Assembly: GCF_009914755.1 (NCBI RefSeq) | Contig: NC_060938.1 | Reading direction: 5' to 3' (one strand) | Origin: the human T2T-CHM13v2.0 reference genome, Homo sapiens | DNA: 64,000 nucleotides | In this document: positions 51,286-64,000 of the stretch, piece by piece | How positions within the stretch are numbered: the stretch's first letter is position 1 | Layout: the number at the start of each line of letters is the position of its first letter | Translations under genes and position numbers: made by a program | The notes under the pieces: model-generated | What the model saw: only the letters and a program-made list of their open reading frames with translations | Told to the model about the DNA's origin: nothing | The model's database searches: none

Positions 51286-51623
51286 GGAATGAGCCAGGCA
51301 TATGTTTTGTTTTGTTTCACCTACATTCCCCAGGTGATTCACTGTGTATCCAGAGGTATTAATCATAGACAAGCAGGCTACTCCATCAGTGATAAAAGGT
51401 AAAAGGAGGAAAATTGAAGTTCTTGAACTGCATGCTACAGCACATTTGTATGGGCAGTGACAAAATAAAAGCAGCCCACAAGGAGATACTAAAGAAGAAA
51501 GTTCTTTTTTCTTTCCTCATTTTCTCTGTAAAATCCCTCTGTATTTTCAAGATGTGAAATTCCTGCTCCAGATATTATACTTGATGAATAAGTATAAAAA
51601 ATTCAAGATATTTCTAAAGCTCA

Positions 51624-51982
51624 TGTCTTATTAGTCCATTTGTGCTGCTATAACAAAATACCTGAGACTGGGTAATTTATAAAGAACAGAACTTTTTTTC
51701 TTACAGTTCCGCATGCTGGGAAATCCAAGATCAAGGTGCTGGCACTGGTGTCTGCGGAGGCATGCTCTCTGCTTCCAAAATGGCACCTTGTTGCTGTGTC
51801 CTCACATGGCAAAAGGCAGAAGGGCAAGAGAGCACCCCCCTCAACCTTGAGCTCTTTATACGGGTGCTAATCCCATTCATGAGGGCTCTGCCTCCCAGCG
51901 GCCACACCTCTTAATACAGTTGCACTGGGGGTGAAGTTTCAACATGAATTTTGGAGGACGCACCACCATCATTGAAACAGAG
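51624..51982 (-). mobile_element. MaLR LTR (MST/MLT1A-like)
   Basis: TTAGTCCATTTGTGCTGCTATAACAAAATACCTGAGACTGGGTAATTTATAAAG...TTTCAACATGAATTTTGGAGG. Confidence 0.8.
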
Positions 51983-52002
51983 CAGCCCATTAATCACCTT
52001 TG

Positions 52003-53514
52003 TGAGAGGTGACAGCATGCTGGCAGCCCTGGCAGTCCTCGCTCGCTCTCGGCGCCTTCTCTATCTGGGCTCCCACTTTGGCGGCACTTGAGGAGCCCTT
52101 CAGCCCGCCGCTGCACTGTGGGAGCCCCTTTCTGGGCAGGCCAAGGCCGGAGCCGGCTCCCTCAGCTTGCAGGGAGGTGTGGAGGGAGAGGCGCAGGCGG
52201 GAACCGGCGAGTTCCGGGTGGGCATGGGCTTGGGGGGCCCGGCACTCTAGCGGCCCCCTGGCCCACAAGCCCCGGGCAGTGAGGGGCTTAGCACCTGGGC
52301 CAGCAGCTGCTGTGCTCGACTTCTGGCCGGGCCTTAGGTGCCTCCCTGCGGGGCAGGGCTCAGGACCTGCAGCCTGCCATGCCTGAGCCTCCCCTCCCCA
52401 CCCCCCCACCCCCACCGTGGGCTCCTGCGCGGCCGAGCCTCCACGATCAGAACCGCCCCCTGCTCCGCAGCACCCGGTCCCATCGACCACCCAAGGACTG
52501 AGGAGTGCGGGCGCACGGCATGGGACTGGCAGGCAGCTCCACCTGTGGCCTGGTGTGGGATCCACTGGGTGAGGCCAGCTGGGCTCCTGAGTCTGGTGGG
52601 GACTTGGAGAACCTTTATGTCTAGCTAAGGGATTGTAAATACACCAATCGGCACTCTGTATCTTGTTCAAGGTTTGTAAACACACCAATCAGCACCCTGG
52701 GTCTAGCTCAGGGTTTGTGAATGCACCAACTGGCACTCTGTAACTAGTTACTCTGGTGGGGACTTGGAGAACCTTTATGTGTAGCTAAGGGATTGTAAAT
52801 ACACCAATCAGCACCCTGTGTCTAGCTCAGGGTTTGTGAATGCACCAATCGACACTCTGTATCTAGCTACTCTGGTTAGGACTTAGAGAACCTTTGTGTC
52901 CACACTCTGTATCTGGCTAATCTAGTGGGGACGTGGAGAACTTTTGTGTCTAGCTCAGGGATTGTAAATGCACCAATCAGCACCCTGTCAAAACGGACCA
53001 ATCACCTCTCTGTAAAACAGACCAATTGGCTCTCTGTAAAATGGACCAATCAGCAGGATGTGGGTAGGGCCAGATAAGAGAATAAAAGCAGGCTGCCCGA
53101 CCCAGCAGTGGCAACCTACCCTGGGCACCATTCACACTGTGGAAGCTTTGTTCTTTCACTCTTTGCAATAAATCTTGCTGCTGCTCACGCTTTGGGTCCG
53201 CACTGCTGTAACACTTATGGCAAAGGGCTGCAGCTTCACTCTTGAAGCCAGGGAGACCACGAACCCACTGGGAGGAAAGAACAACTCCAAACACACTGCC
53301 TTAAGAGCTGTAACACTCACTGCGAAGGTCTGCAGCTTCACTCTTGAGCCAGGGAGACCACAAACCCACCAGAAGGAAGAAACTCAACACATCCGAACAT
53401 CAGAAGGAACAAACTCCGGACACGCCGCCTTTAAGAAGTGTAACACTCACCGCGAGAGTCTGTGGCTTCATTCTTGAAGTCAGTGAGACCAAGAACCCAC
53501 CAATTCCAGACACG
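52003..53514 (+). mobile_element. LTR12 (ERV9) solo LTR, LTR12C-like, full length
   Basis: TGAGAGGTGACAGC...CCAATTCCAGACACG; 4-bp TSD TTTG (51999-52002 / 53515-53518); GC-rich U3, CCAAT repeat array, U5 GTAACACTCAC repeats. Confidence 0.95.
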
Positions 53515-54418
53515 TTTGGATCTTAGAACTGAGGGCACTCCAAGCTATAAAATGCCACATTTGTTATCATACCTGAAAACCCTTAGCCTGAACTAACATT
53601 CTCCAAACATAGTAGGATAGAACTGACTACTGTCTTAAACCTCTGAATTGGATTGACTAAGATGTCTCAACCAGAGAGTAAACAACCAGGTTAAAAGGGG
53701 CTAAATACTAACTTTATGATAGAATTCGCAGAAAGCAGAAGTTTTCTTTCAGACTGAAAAATAATCATCCTTAGGCTTTACTTTCATTTTCACACTATTT
53801 GCTCCCTTGACAGGATGTGACATTGAGGCCAAGACTTTGAATCTTAGAATTCTCTTTCCATTTTCCACATTCCATATTTAGTCCTCATGTCTCCAGCTGG
53901 CTCTTCTAACAAAAGTAGAAATGCATCAATTCTACCCAAACAAATCCCCCGACCTTCTCTGGATGCCAAGCCTGGTGCCTCCCACTTGCCACGTCCAAAC
54001 ATGCAGTGATCACAGCAGGACACTGCTGCCCCAGGACAAGGCCCAAAGGTCCTCTCCATTTGGCCTCTGCTTACCTCTCCAGCCCCAACACTTATAACTT
54101 CCTTCTGGACCCACTGAATTTCTCTCACTTCCTAGAAGGCTCACACTCCCTTTCATTTCAGGATGTGTTCAGTTTCCTGTCTCTAAAGCATGCCCCACCT
54201 CCAGATGTTACTTTCTCTATTCAGCTTCCTCTGCTCCACCCTGACACAGCTGGTATGTACCGCAAGAGCTATGATCTGGGCACCCAAGCAAGGAGTAGCA
54301 CTGTGCCAGTAAAGGACACTGTCACAGCCATATCCATTTGTCTGAATGGGACCAGTAACTGTTATATTGCACCCACCTTGCTACGTTACTATACATCTTT
54401 TGAAAACCAAAGTTCTTA

Positions 54419-54715
<297 letters not shown>

Positions 54716-55866
54716 TTATTTTAAAAAAGGAAACAAAACTGAGGTTCTGATAACTGCATGTATTAAATATTCAAATAACATGTAGGTTCTTTCCAATTTT
54801 TTGCTATTATAAATAAGATTTTGATAAGCAACTTATTAGCTGGTTGCCTCACTTGGACCAAATTAGGTAAGTTCTGTAGGCCTCAGTTTTCCATCTGTAA
54901 GAGTAAGAAGCGCAAGGGCTGTACTGCCAATTACACACAGGCACATACAACAGGGTCAGGTAAATATTAACCTCTCTGTAAAGGTTAATTATTGATATTG
55001 TTACCTTTGGGTTAAATCTATTTTTATTTAGAATGATTTTTCTCTATTCATTTTATTCAACAATTATTTATATATCTTAAGGTGCATATGGCACTGTGTT
55101 AGCCCTAAGGATATAGAGACAAATAAAGCAAGTACTGCCCCTACCGGCCTGGAGCTTAGAACCTAGGCAAGGAGACAGATGTTGGAGAAGTAATTATAGC
55201 TATGATAAATGTTATAAAAATGAGGTAAAGTGTACCTGGTTTGAGGGTGAGGTGTGGTTCAGGGAAAATCTCTTTGAGGAAGTGGCCATTAAGTTAATGA
55301 TTCATTAACTGAGAATGACCTGAAGTTAACTGGGCACCATCTAGAGCCCCAGAAATGTGGCTCTAACTAGATAGAGTCAAATTGCTTTCCAAAAGGATTG
55401 TGAATATTTACCCCTTGGCCAGGAGTATGACAGTATTTTTACCATATTATGGCCAGCTTTAAGGAGCCTATAGACAATTTAAGGCTTGTGATATATATTG
55501 CCAAATTGCTTCCTTTGAGGGCTTACAGTGCCTCTGGCAACACAGGAAGGTGTAACTTGTCTCTCCCATCTTCCTCCATGAGATGATCTTCAAATAATTG
55601 CAAATAGCTGATAACTTATCTCTCAACCTGTTTTTAGAATAATTTTAATATAGAAAGATGATCATTAATACTAAATCCTAATGAGGGGTTATAAATATTA
55701 AATTATCAATATTTTAAAATAAATTATTAACTTTCACTGGGTTGCCAGGATTCCAGGTGACCCGAAAATACTCCAGAGCAGCAGATATGTGGTCTGGCAT
55801 AGCACCCTTATGAAGCCAGTCCCCGTCTAGCTGTGTTCATATATTCAACAAATATCCCTAGAGCCC

Positions 55867-56376
55867 TGTGATAGTTAATACTGAGTGCCAACTTGATTGG
55901 ATTGAAGGATGCAAAGTACTGTTTCTGGCTGTGTCTGTGAGGGTGTTGCCAAAGGAGATTAACATTTGAGTCAGAGGACTAGGAGAGACAGACCCACCCT
56001 CAATCTGGACGGGCACCATCTAATCAGCTGCCAGCACAGCTAGAATAATGCAGGCACTTGATTTGCTGAGTCTTCCGGCCTTCATCTTTCTCCCGTGCTG
56101 GATGCTTCCTGCCCTCGAACATTAGACTCCAAGTTCTTCAGCTTTTGGACTCTTGGACTTACACAGTGGTTTGCCACGGGCTATCCGGCCTTCAGCCACA
56201 GACAGAAGGCTACACTGATGGCTTCCCTACTTTTGAGGTTTTGGGACTCAGCTTGCAGACGGCCTGTTGTGGGACTTCATCTTGTGATCATGTGAGCCAA
56301 TTCTCCTAATAAGCTCCCCTTCATATATACATCTATCCTATTGGTTCTGTCCCTCTAGAGAACCCTGACTAATATA
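55867..56376 (+). mobile_element. MLT2A-like (HERV-L) solo LTR
   Basis: TGTGATAGTTAATACTGAGTG..AACTTGATTGGATTGAAGGATGCAAAG...GAGAACCCTGACTAATATA; 5-bp TSD AGCCC/AGCAC. Confidence 0.9.
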
Positions 56377-56399
56377 AGCACCTACTCTGCATCAGGTAT

Positions 56400-57560
56400 T
56401 GGTGAAAGAGACAGAGGACTCAGGCATTAAACAAAGAAGTGCCAAAAATAATCTATGAAATTAGGCTGTCTCAGAGAAACTGGCCCTGAGGAAGTGACCT
56501 TGAGCCGAGTCTAGAGGGTAAAGGTCTGACCAAACCAAGGGCAGGGGTGGTGGTAAAGGCAAAGATGGCAGCTTTCCAGGCAGTGACTGGCCCTGAGTCA
56601 GGAGAGAACTTGGGTCACTTCAGCAACTGAAAGACAGTGTGGCTGGTGGGTGAAGCTCGTGGAATCAAGGCCAGCCAGTCAGAAGGCAGATCCTACAGGG
56701 CCTTGCAGGCCACGCTAAGCAATTCACTCTATCCTAGTGCAATGGGAAGCCACTGGAAGGATTTCAGCAAGACATGATATGATACCATGGGGCTCTTAAA
56801 AGCTCACTACAGCAACAGGATATAGAATGGCTTGGAGGACGCAAAATGGATGAAGTGGCTGTTGATAGCTGACATTGTGGTGACTTGGAGCAGAGCAGAG
56901 GCAGGGTAGTCGGTGAGAAGCATTGTCTTGAGATGTATTTTGTTATCAGAATAGTCCGGATGTGGTGATCGGCTGGAGGTGAGGGACAGGGGAGAAGGAA
57001 GTGTCAAAAATGACACAAAGGTTTACACACTGGAACTGTCAAAAATGACACAAAGGTTTACACACTGGGGCAGATGGTGATGCCATCACAGAGAGGGGGA
57101 GTAAGACTGGGAGAAAGAAGTCACTAGCTTTGTCTCATTGAATTGGTGGGGATCTGAGACACCAAAGTGGAGTTGTTATGTCAGCCAGAGTCTGAGCTGA
57201 AGATAAAAGCCAGGGAGTCCGCATGTGTGTAAGCGAAGCCATAGACAGAGAGAGGAGATTGCCCCGAAGGAGCGAGAGTGAGATGAGAAAGCTGTCTAAA
57301 GAACCCTCCCACCCAGATGTGTGGTTGATGAGGAGGAAACACGAAAGGGGAAAGGGAAGAAAGCCCCTTAAGATGAGAGAGAAGACAGCAGAGCAGGCGC
57401 CATGGGGGCATCATGGGAGGAGGAAGTGGTCAGTGTTGACAGATGCTGCTGAAAGGTCAGATGGAAACAGAGGGCTGAGAGATGCCTGGTGGGCTTCCCT
57501 GGGTTGGGGTCGAGTGACCTTATTGGAAACGGTATCGGTGCAGTGGTGAGACCAGAAGCC
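56400..57560. mobile_element. L2 fragment
   Basis: L2 motifs (GGGCCTTGCAGGCCAC, AATGGGAAGCCACTGGAAGGATTT, GTGACCTT...CAGTGG). Confidence 0.65.
56997..57066 (+). repeat. 35-bp tandem duplication
   Basis: GGAA(G/C)TGTCAAAAATGACACAAAGGTTTACACACT x2, one mismatch. Confidence 0.95.
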
Positions 57561-58174
57561 AGATTATGTGGACTTAACATCTCAAACTACCTTACTCCTC
57601 TCTCTCTATTGACTCCACTGACCTCAGGGGTAGAACTCAAAGGGACACCTCTGATCCTCAAACCAGTCTGCAGCGAATAGCTGGAGGTGTCCATCATAGC
57701 CCCAACATTGTGAATGTTTGCATTCACAAGGGTTTGGATGTTTCTGCTTCAATGCTGAATGGAGTTCTTTTGGGACGTACAAACGAATTAGATGAGAAGA
57801 ACTAAGCAACATGATGGACAAACTGTTACAGGCTTACCCAACATGTTCACGGTACATACAAGTAAACTTAATAGACAGAACAGATTAAATTACCATATAT
57901 ACCACAAAGATGTTTGGGGCTCATTTAATGACAATTCCTTCCTATATACAAGTCTGTGAAGCCAAAGCCTCAGGTCTGGGGCGTCTGTGCTGGGCTAATC
58001 TTGAATCTCTTGGTGCTCCTTACCAGGCCAGTATCACCGTCCTTCAGTTAATGCTCTATCTAGAAGCACGGGCCTGCTCGGACTCAGATTGACTTTCTCT
58101 TGTACAAAAGTTTCCACTTTTGCTGCTGCTATTTTATTTTAGTCTTCCTTTTATTTTCTCTTTGTGTTTTTTAA

Positions 58175-58881
<707 letters not shown>

Positions 58882-59064
58882 TGAGGTTGAATTTAGCCAG
58901 AGCCCTACCTGGTTTCCCTGCAGAGCTGAGAATGCTACGTATCCTACGTGGGCAGCTGCCTCTCTGTGTCGTCAGCCCTCTGTCTTCATTGGGCACCCAT
59001 CTGTTCTGATAAGCTCAGACCCTCCATCTACTAAGGTCAATTGCTTGGCCTGTTTAGCCCATGA

Positions 59065-59505
<441 letters not shown>

Positions 59506-59794
59506 TAGGGCTGAGAGCAGCTGTTCACTTTAGACAAGGCTTGTATGCTTTAGGTCACCGCAGTCACCCACTCCCTATTGCTCCCTGATCATGATGCCAA
59601 GTGAGAGTTGCTCTTTATCATCACTCTTGCATTATTGACTTTCTTATACTAGAGTTAAAAGTGAAATATTTAATATGTCCATGTTTCTATCAAAAGTAGA
59701 AAAACGTACAAGCAATAGAGGTATATTTAATTTTTTGTTGTTCTTTTAAAGCTTTATTGTAAATTGTAAACTTATTGTAAATATACAATTTATA

Positions 59795-60204
<410 letters not shown>

Positions 60205-60294
60205 TAATTAAACCTAGCTAATTAACATATATCCATCACTTCAAATACTTACCTTTTTTTTTGTGGTAAGAACATTTGAAATCTACTCTTTTAG

Positions 60295-60630
<336 letters not shown>

Positions 60631-60779
60631 TAACAACTGTATTCACCATGCTGTGCAACAGATCTTGGAAATGAAACTTATTCCTCTTGTCTAAGATTTT
60701 GTACCCTTCAACCATCATCTCTCCATTCTCCTCATCCCCTAGCCTCTGTAACCACCATTCTACTCTCTGCTTCTAAGAA

Positions 60780-61186
60780 TGTATTAGGCTGTTCTCACAT
60801 TGCTATAAATACCTGAGACTGGGTAATTTATAGAGAAAAGAGGTTTAATTAGCTCATGGTTCTGCCGGCTTTACAGGAAACACGGGGCTGGCATCTGCTT
60901 AGCTTCTAGGGAGGCCTCAGGAAGCTTACAATCATGGCAAAAGGTGAAGGAGGGGCAGGCATGTCACATGGCAAAACCAAGAACAAGGGAGAGAGAGGGA
61001 ATTGGCAGTGGGGCATACCTGTTTAAATGACCAGATCTCACGAGAACTCACTATCACGAAGACAACACCAAGTAATGAGGGATCTGCCCCCATGATCTAA
61101 ACACCTTCCACCAGACCCCATCTCCAGCACTGGGGATTATAATTCAACATGAGATTTGGGTGGAGACAAATATCCAAACTATATCA
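60780..61186 (-). mobile_element. MSTA/MSTB-like MaLR solo LTR
   Basis: TGTATTAGGCTGTTCTCACATTGCTATAAA...ATCCAAACTATATCA; 5-bp TSD AAGAA/ATGAA. Confidence 0.88.
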
Positions 61187-61810
61187 ATGAATTCACTTGT
61201 TTCAGATTCCACATATAAGTGAGAACATGTGCATTTTTCTTTCTGTGCCTGGCTTACTCAGCAGCATAATGTTCCCCAATTTCATCCATGTTGTCACAAA
61301 TGTCAGAATTTTCTCCTTTTTTAAGGCTGAATAGTACTGTATTGTGTATATATACTACATTTTCTTTATATATTCATCCACTGATGGCCACTTAGGTTAA
61401 TTTTATGACTTTGGCTATTGTGAACAGTATTGCAATGAACATAGGAGGGCAGACATTTCAAATTTCACTTTTGGGTAAATACTCAGAAGTGGGATTGCTG
61501 GATCATATGGTAATTCTATTTTTAGTTTTGTGAGGAATCTCCATATATTTTTCCATAATTTACATTCCCATCAACAACTTTAAGGGTTTCTTTTTCTCCA
61601 CATCCTCGCCAACATTTATCTTACATCTTTTTTATCACAGCCATCCTGACAGGTGTGTGATGATATATCATTGTGGTTTAAATTTGCATTTTCCTAATGA
61701 TTAGAAATGTTGAGCATTTTTCCATATATCTGTTGGCCATTTGTATGTCCTCTTTTGAGAGATGTCCATTCAGATCCCAGGCTTATTTTTTCCCCCTTTT
61801 TTAGAGACAG

Positions 61811-62282
61811 TGATGGCACCAGTGGCCCATCTGGAGCAGCTGCTGCCATGATGCCGGCTGCAGTGGGGGAGGCGCAGCCATGGCTGTGTGCTCCCTGGAG
61901 CTGGCAGGAGCTGGGAACAGATGGGAGCCTCAGGTTGGAGGGGCAGGAGCCCCACCCTCCCAGGCAGCTGCAGACACCCAGTCATGGCTGCAGACCCGGG
62001 CATGTCTGCACACTTGGGACCTGGGAGGCCCCCCAACCCCTGCAGGCTCAGAAGTGCCATGCCTGCTCCTACTGCCTGACCTCTCCCCACTCCTGGTGCC
62101 CACTCCGATTTCAGAGCAAAGTTATGGCCAAGCCCAGGGACTGTCATGACCCAGCCAGGTGTGCGCATGCTCAGGGACATGCTGACACGCCAGCCCCCTG
62201 CTGCCTCGGACCCCTCTGGACTTTGGACACCACTGAGCATAGGAGGGAGGCCAAGGGAGGCCAAGGGAGGCCAAGGAAGGGG
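61811..62282 (+). mobile_element. MER52-like ERV1 LTR, 5' part only
   Basis: TGATGGCACCAGTGGCCCATCTGGAGCAGCTGCTGCCATGATGCCGGCTGCAG start; GC-rich; ends in CCAAGGGAGG repeats. Confidence 0.75.
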
Positions 62283-63389
62283 AACATCTAGTTTTTGAGC
62301 TGTTTGAGTGTATTATATGTTTTGGGTATTTTGGTTTTGTTTTGTTTTGTTTTGTTTTTGAGACGGAGTCTCACTCTGTTGCTCAGGCTGGAGTGCAGTG
62401 GAGAGATCTCGGCTCACTGCAACCCTTGCCTCCTGGCTGGGTTCAAACAATTCTTGTGCCTCAGCCTCCTGAATATTTGGGATTACAGGCGTGCACCACC
62501 ACACCTGGCTAATTTCTGTATTTTTAGTAGAGACAGAGTTTTGCCATGTTGGCCAGACTGGTCTCAAACTCCTGACCTCAGGTGATCTGCCTGCCTCAGC
62601 CTCCCAAAGCACTGGGATTACAGGCGTGAGCCACCACACCCGGCCCGAGTTCATTATATATTTTGGATACATATAACCCCTTATCAGGAGTAGGGCTTGC
62701 AAATAGTTTCTCCTAATCCATAGGTTGTTTCTTTACAGTGTTGTTTTCTTTACTGTGCAGAAACTTTTTAGTTTCATGTAATCCAAATTGTCCATTTTTG
62801 CTTTTGTTGCCTATGCTTTTGGAGTCAAATTTAAAAAAATCACTGCCCAGACCAATGCTGTGTAATTTTCCCCCTATGTTTTCTTCTAGAAGTTTTACAG
62901 TTTAAGTCTTTAATCTATTGGGTTGATTTTTGTATATTGTGTGAGATAAGGGTCCAGTTTCATTGTTCTGCATGTGGACATCCAGTTTTCCCAACATCTT
63001 TTATTGAAAAGACTATGCTTTTCCCACTGTGTATTCTTGATGCTTCTATCAAAGATCAATTGACCATTCAGGTGTGGGTTCATTTCTGGGCTCTCCATTG
63101 TGTTCCACTGGTCAATGTGTCTAATTTTTTTTTTTTGCCAGTACCATTGTGTTCTAATTACTATATTTTTATAAAATAGTTTGAAATCAGGTAGTGTGAT
63201 GGCTCCAGCTTTGTTCATTTTTCTCATGATAGCTTTAGCTATATGGGACATTTTGTGGTTACATATGAATATTAGCATAGTTTTTTCTATTTCAATGGAA
63301 AATAACATTGGAATTTTGATCAAGATTGCATTGAACCTGTAGATTGCTTTGGGTAGTATGGACATTTTAACAATATTAATTCACTATGT

Positions 63390-64000
63390 TAAAAAAACAC
63401 TATAAACAACGCCAAAAGACAAATAATTGCCTGGGAAATATTTGTTAAAGTTGCAACAAAGGGTTATATTCCTAATATTACAAAGAAGTCTTATTTATGT
63501 ATTGTTAAGAAAAAGACGACCCAGTGGGAAAATGGGCAAAATATATCAATAGGTAATAGAAGAGGAAATATAAATGATAAAGGGACATATGAAAAGATGC
63601 TCAGTCTCACTGGTTGTAAGAGAAAGTCAAATTAGAGAAACAACGTGATGCCATTTATTTCCTAACCAGCAGGCAAACACGCAAGATTGGCAGCATCCAG
63701 TGCTGACAAGGGCATAGGGAAAGGGGTGTTCTCACACATGGCCAATTAGAGTGCAAACTGCTATAACTTTTTTGGGAAAGTTACTGGCAATATTTATTAC
63801 ATTAAAACCAAACGGACCAAAAAAATGAGCAAAAGATCTGAGCAGATACCTCACTGAAGAAGATATAATACAGATGGGAAATTTTAAACATATGAAAAGA
63901 TGATTAACATCTTTTGTCATTAGGAAATTCCAAATTACAACCACAATGAGATACCATTACACACCTATTAGAATGGCTAAAATCCCCCAAAAAGCTGATA
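63390..64000 (+). mobile_element. Old L1M ORF2 C-terminal fragments
   Basis: AAAATGGGCAAA, CATATGAAAAGATGCTCA and ACCACAATGAGATACCA motifs; the segment appears twice. Confidence 0.75.

Noticed and set aside
51990-52688. 232-aa ORF and overlapping ORFs
   Set aside because: Almost entirely within the GC-rich LTR12 U3; long ORFs in several frames reflect stop-codon scarcity.
52590-53060. Repeat array with variable spacers superficially like CRISPR
   Set aside because: Normal LTR12 U3 enhancer repeats (CACCAATCAGCAC units); eukaryotic context, no cas genes.
61707-62291. 194-aa and 164-aa ORFs on opposite strands
   Set aside because: Span L1 and GC-rich MER52 sequence; no recognisable domain.
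62910-63365. 151-aa L1 ORF2-like ORF (also 6311-6820, 8081-8323)
   Set aside because: Fragments of dead, truncated L1 copies interrupted by stops and insertions.

Overview
Primate genomic DNA (human or a very close great ape), recognisable as the L2HGDH / DMAC2L (ATP5S) / CDKL1 locus. It contains L2HGDH coding exon 1 (minus strand, 2237-2376), head-to-head across a CpG-island promoter with the complete DMAC2L gene (plus strand; 200-aa CDS at 11716-15945, plus an optional 15-aa N-terminal extension from 3247). DMAC2L is tail-to-tail with the last eight coding exons of CDKL1 (minus strand, 49375 down to stop at 20292; the start exon lies beyond the window). All exon boundaries were read from the sequence and their phases join correctly. 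The rest is largely transposon-derived: about 40 Alus, L1/HAL1/L2 fragments, solo LTRs (THE1, MER41B, LTR12, MLT2A, MST, MER52) and hAT MITEs (MER81, MER53, MER5). No CRISPR, rRNA/tRNA or novel multi-gene system is supported. The best leads are: (i) a 36-nt L1-derived DMAC2L 5'UTR cassette exon that would create a junction-spanning uORF whose stop overlaps the main start codons and would cancel the N-terminal extension; (ii) a non-repeat ~77-bp direct duplication bracketing a frameshifting CDKL1 exon; (iii) a MER53 hairpin carrying a seed-variant miR-1302-like arm; (iv) an intact LTR12 promoter antisense to CDKL1; (v) potentially overlapping convergent 3'UTRs with inverted Alus; (vi) several templated-insertion scars. 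Gene and repeat-family names come from recall of known sequences, not from a search; repeat boundaries without TSDs are approximate.
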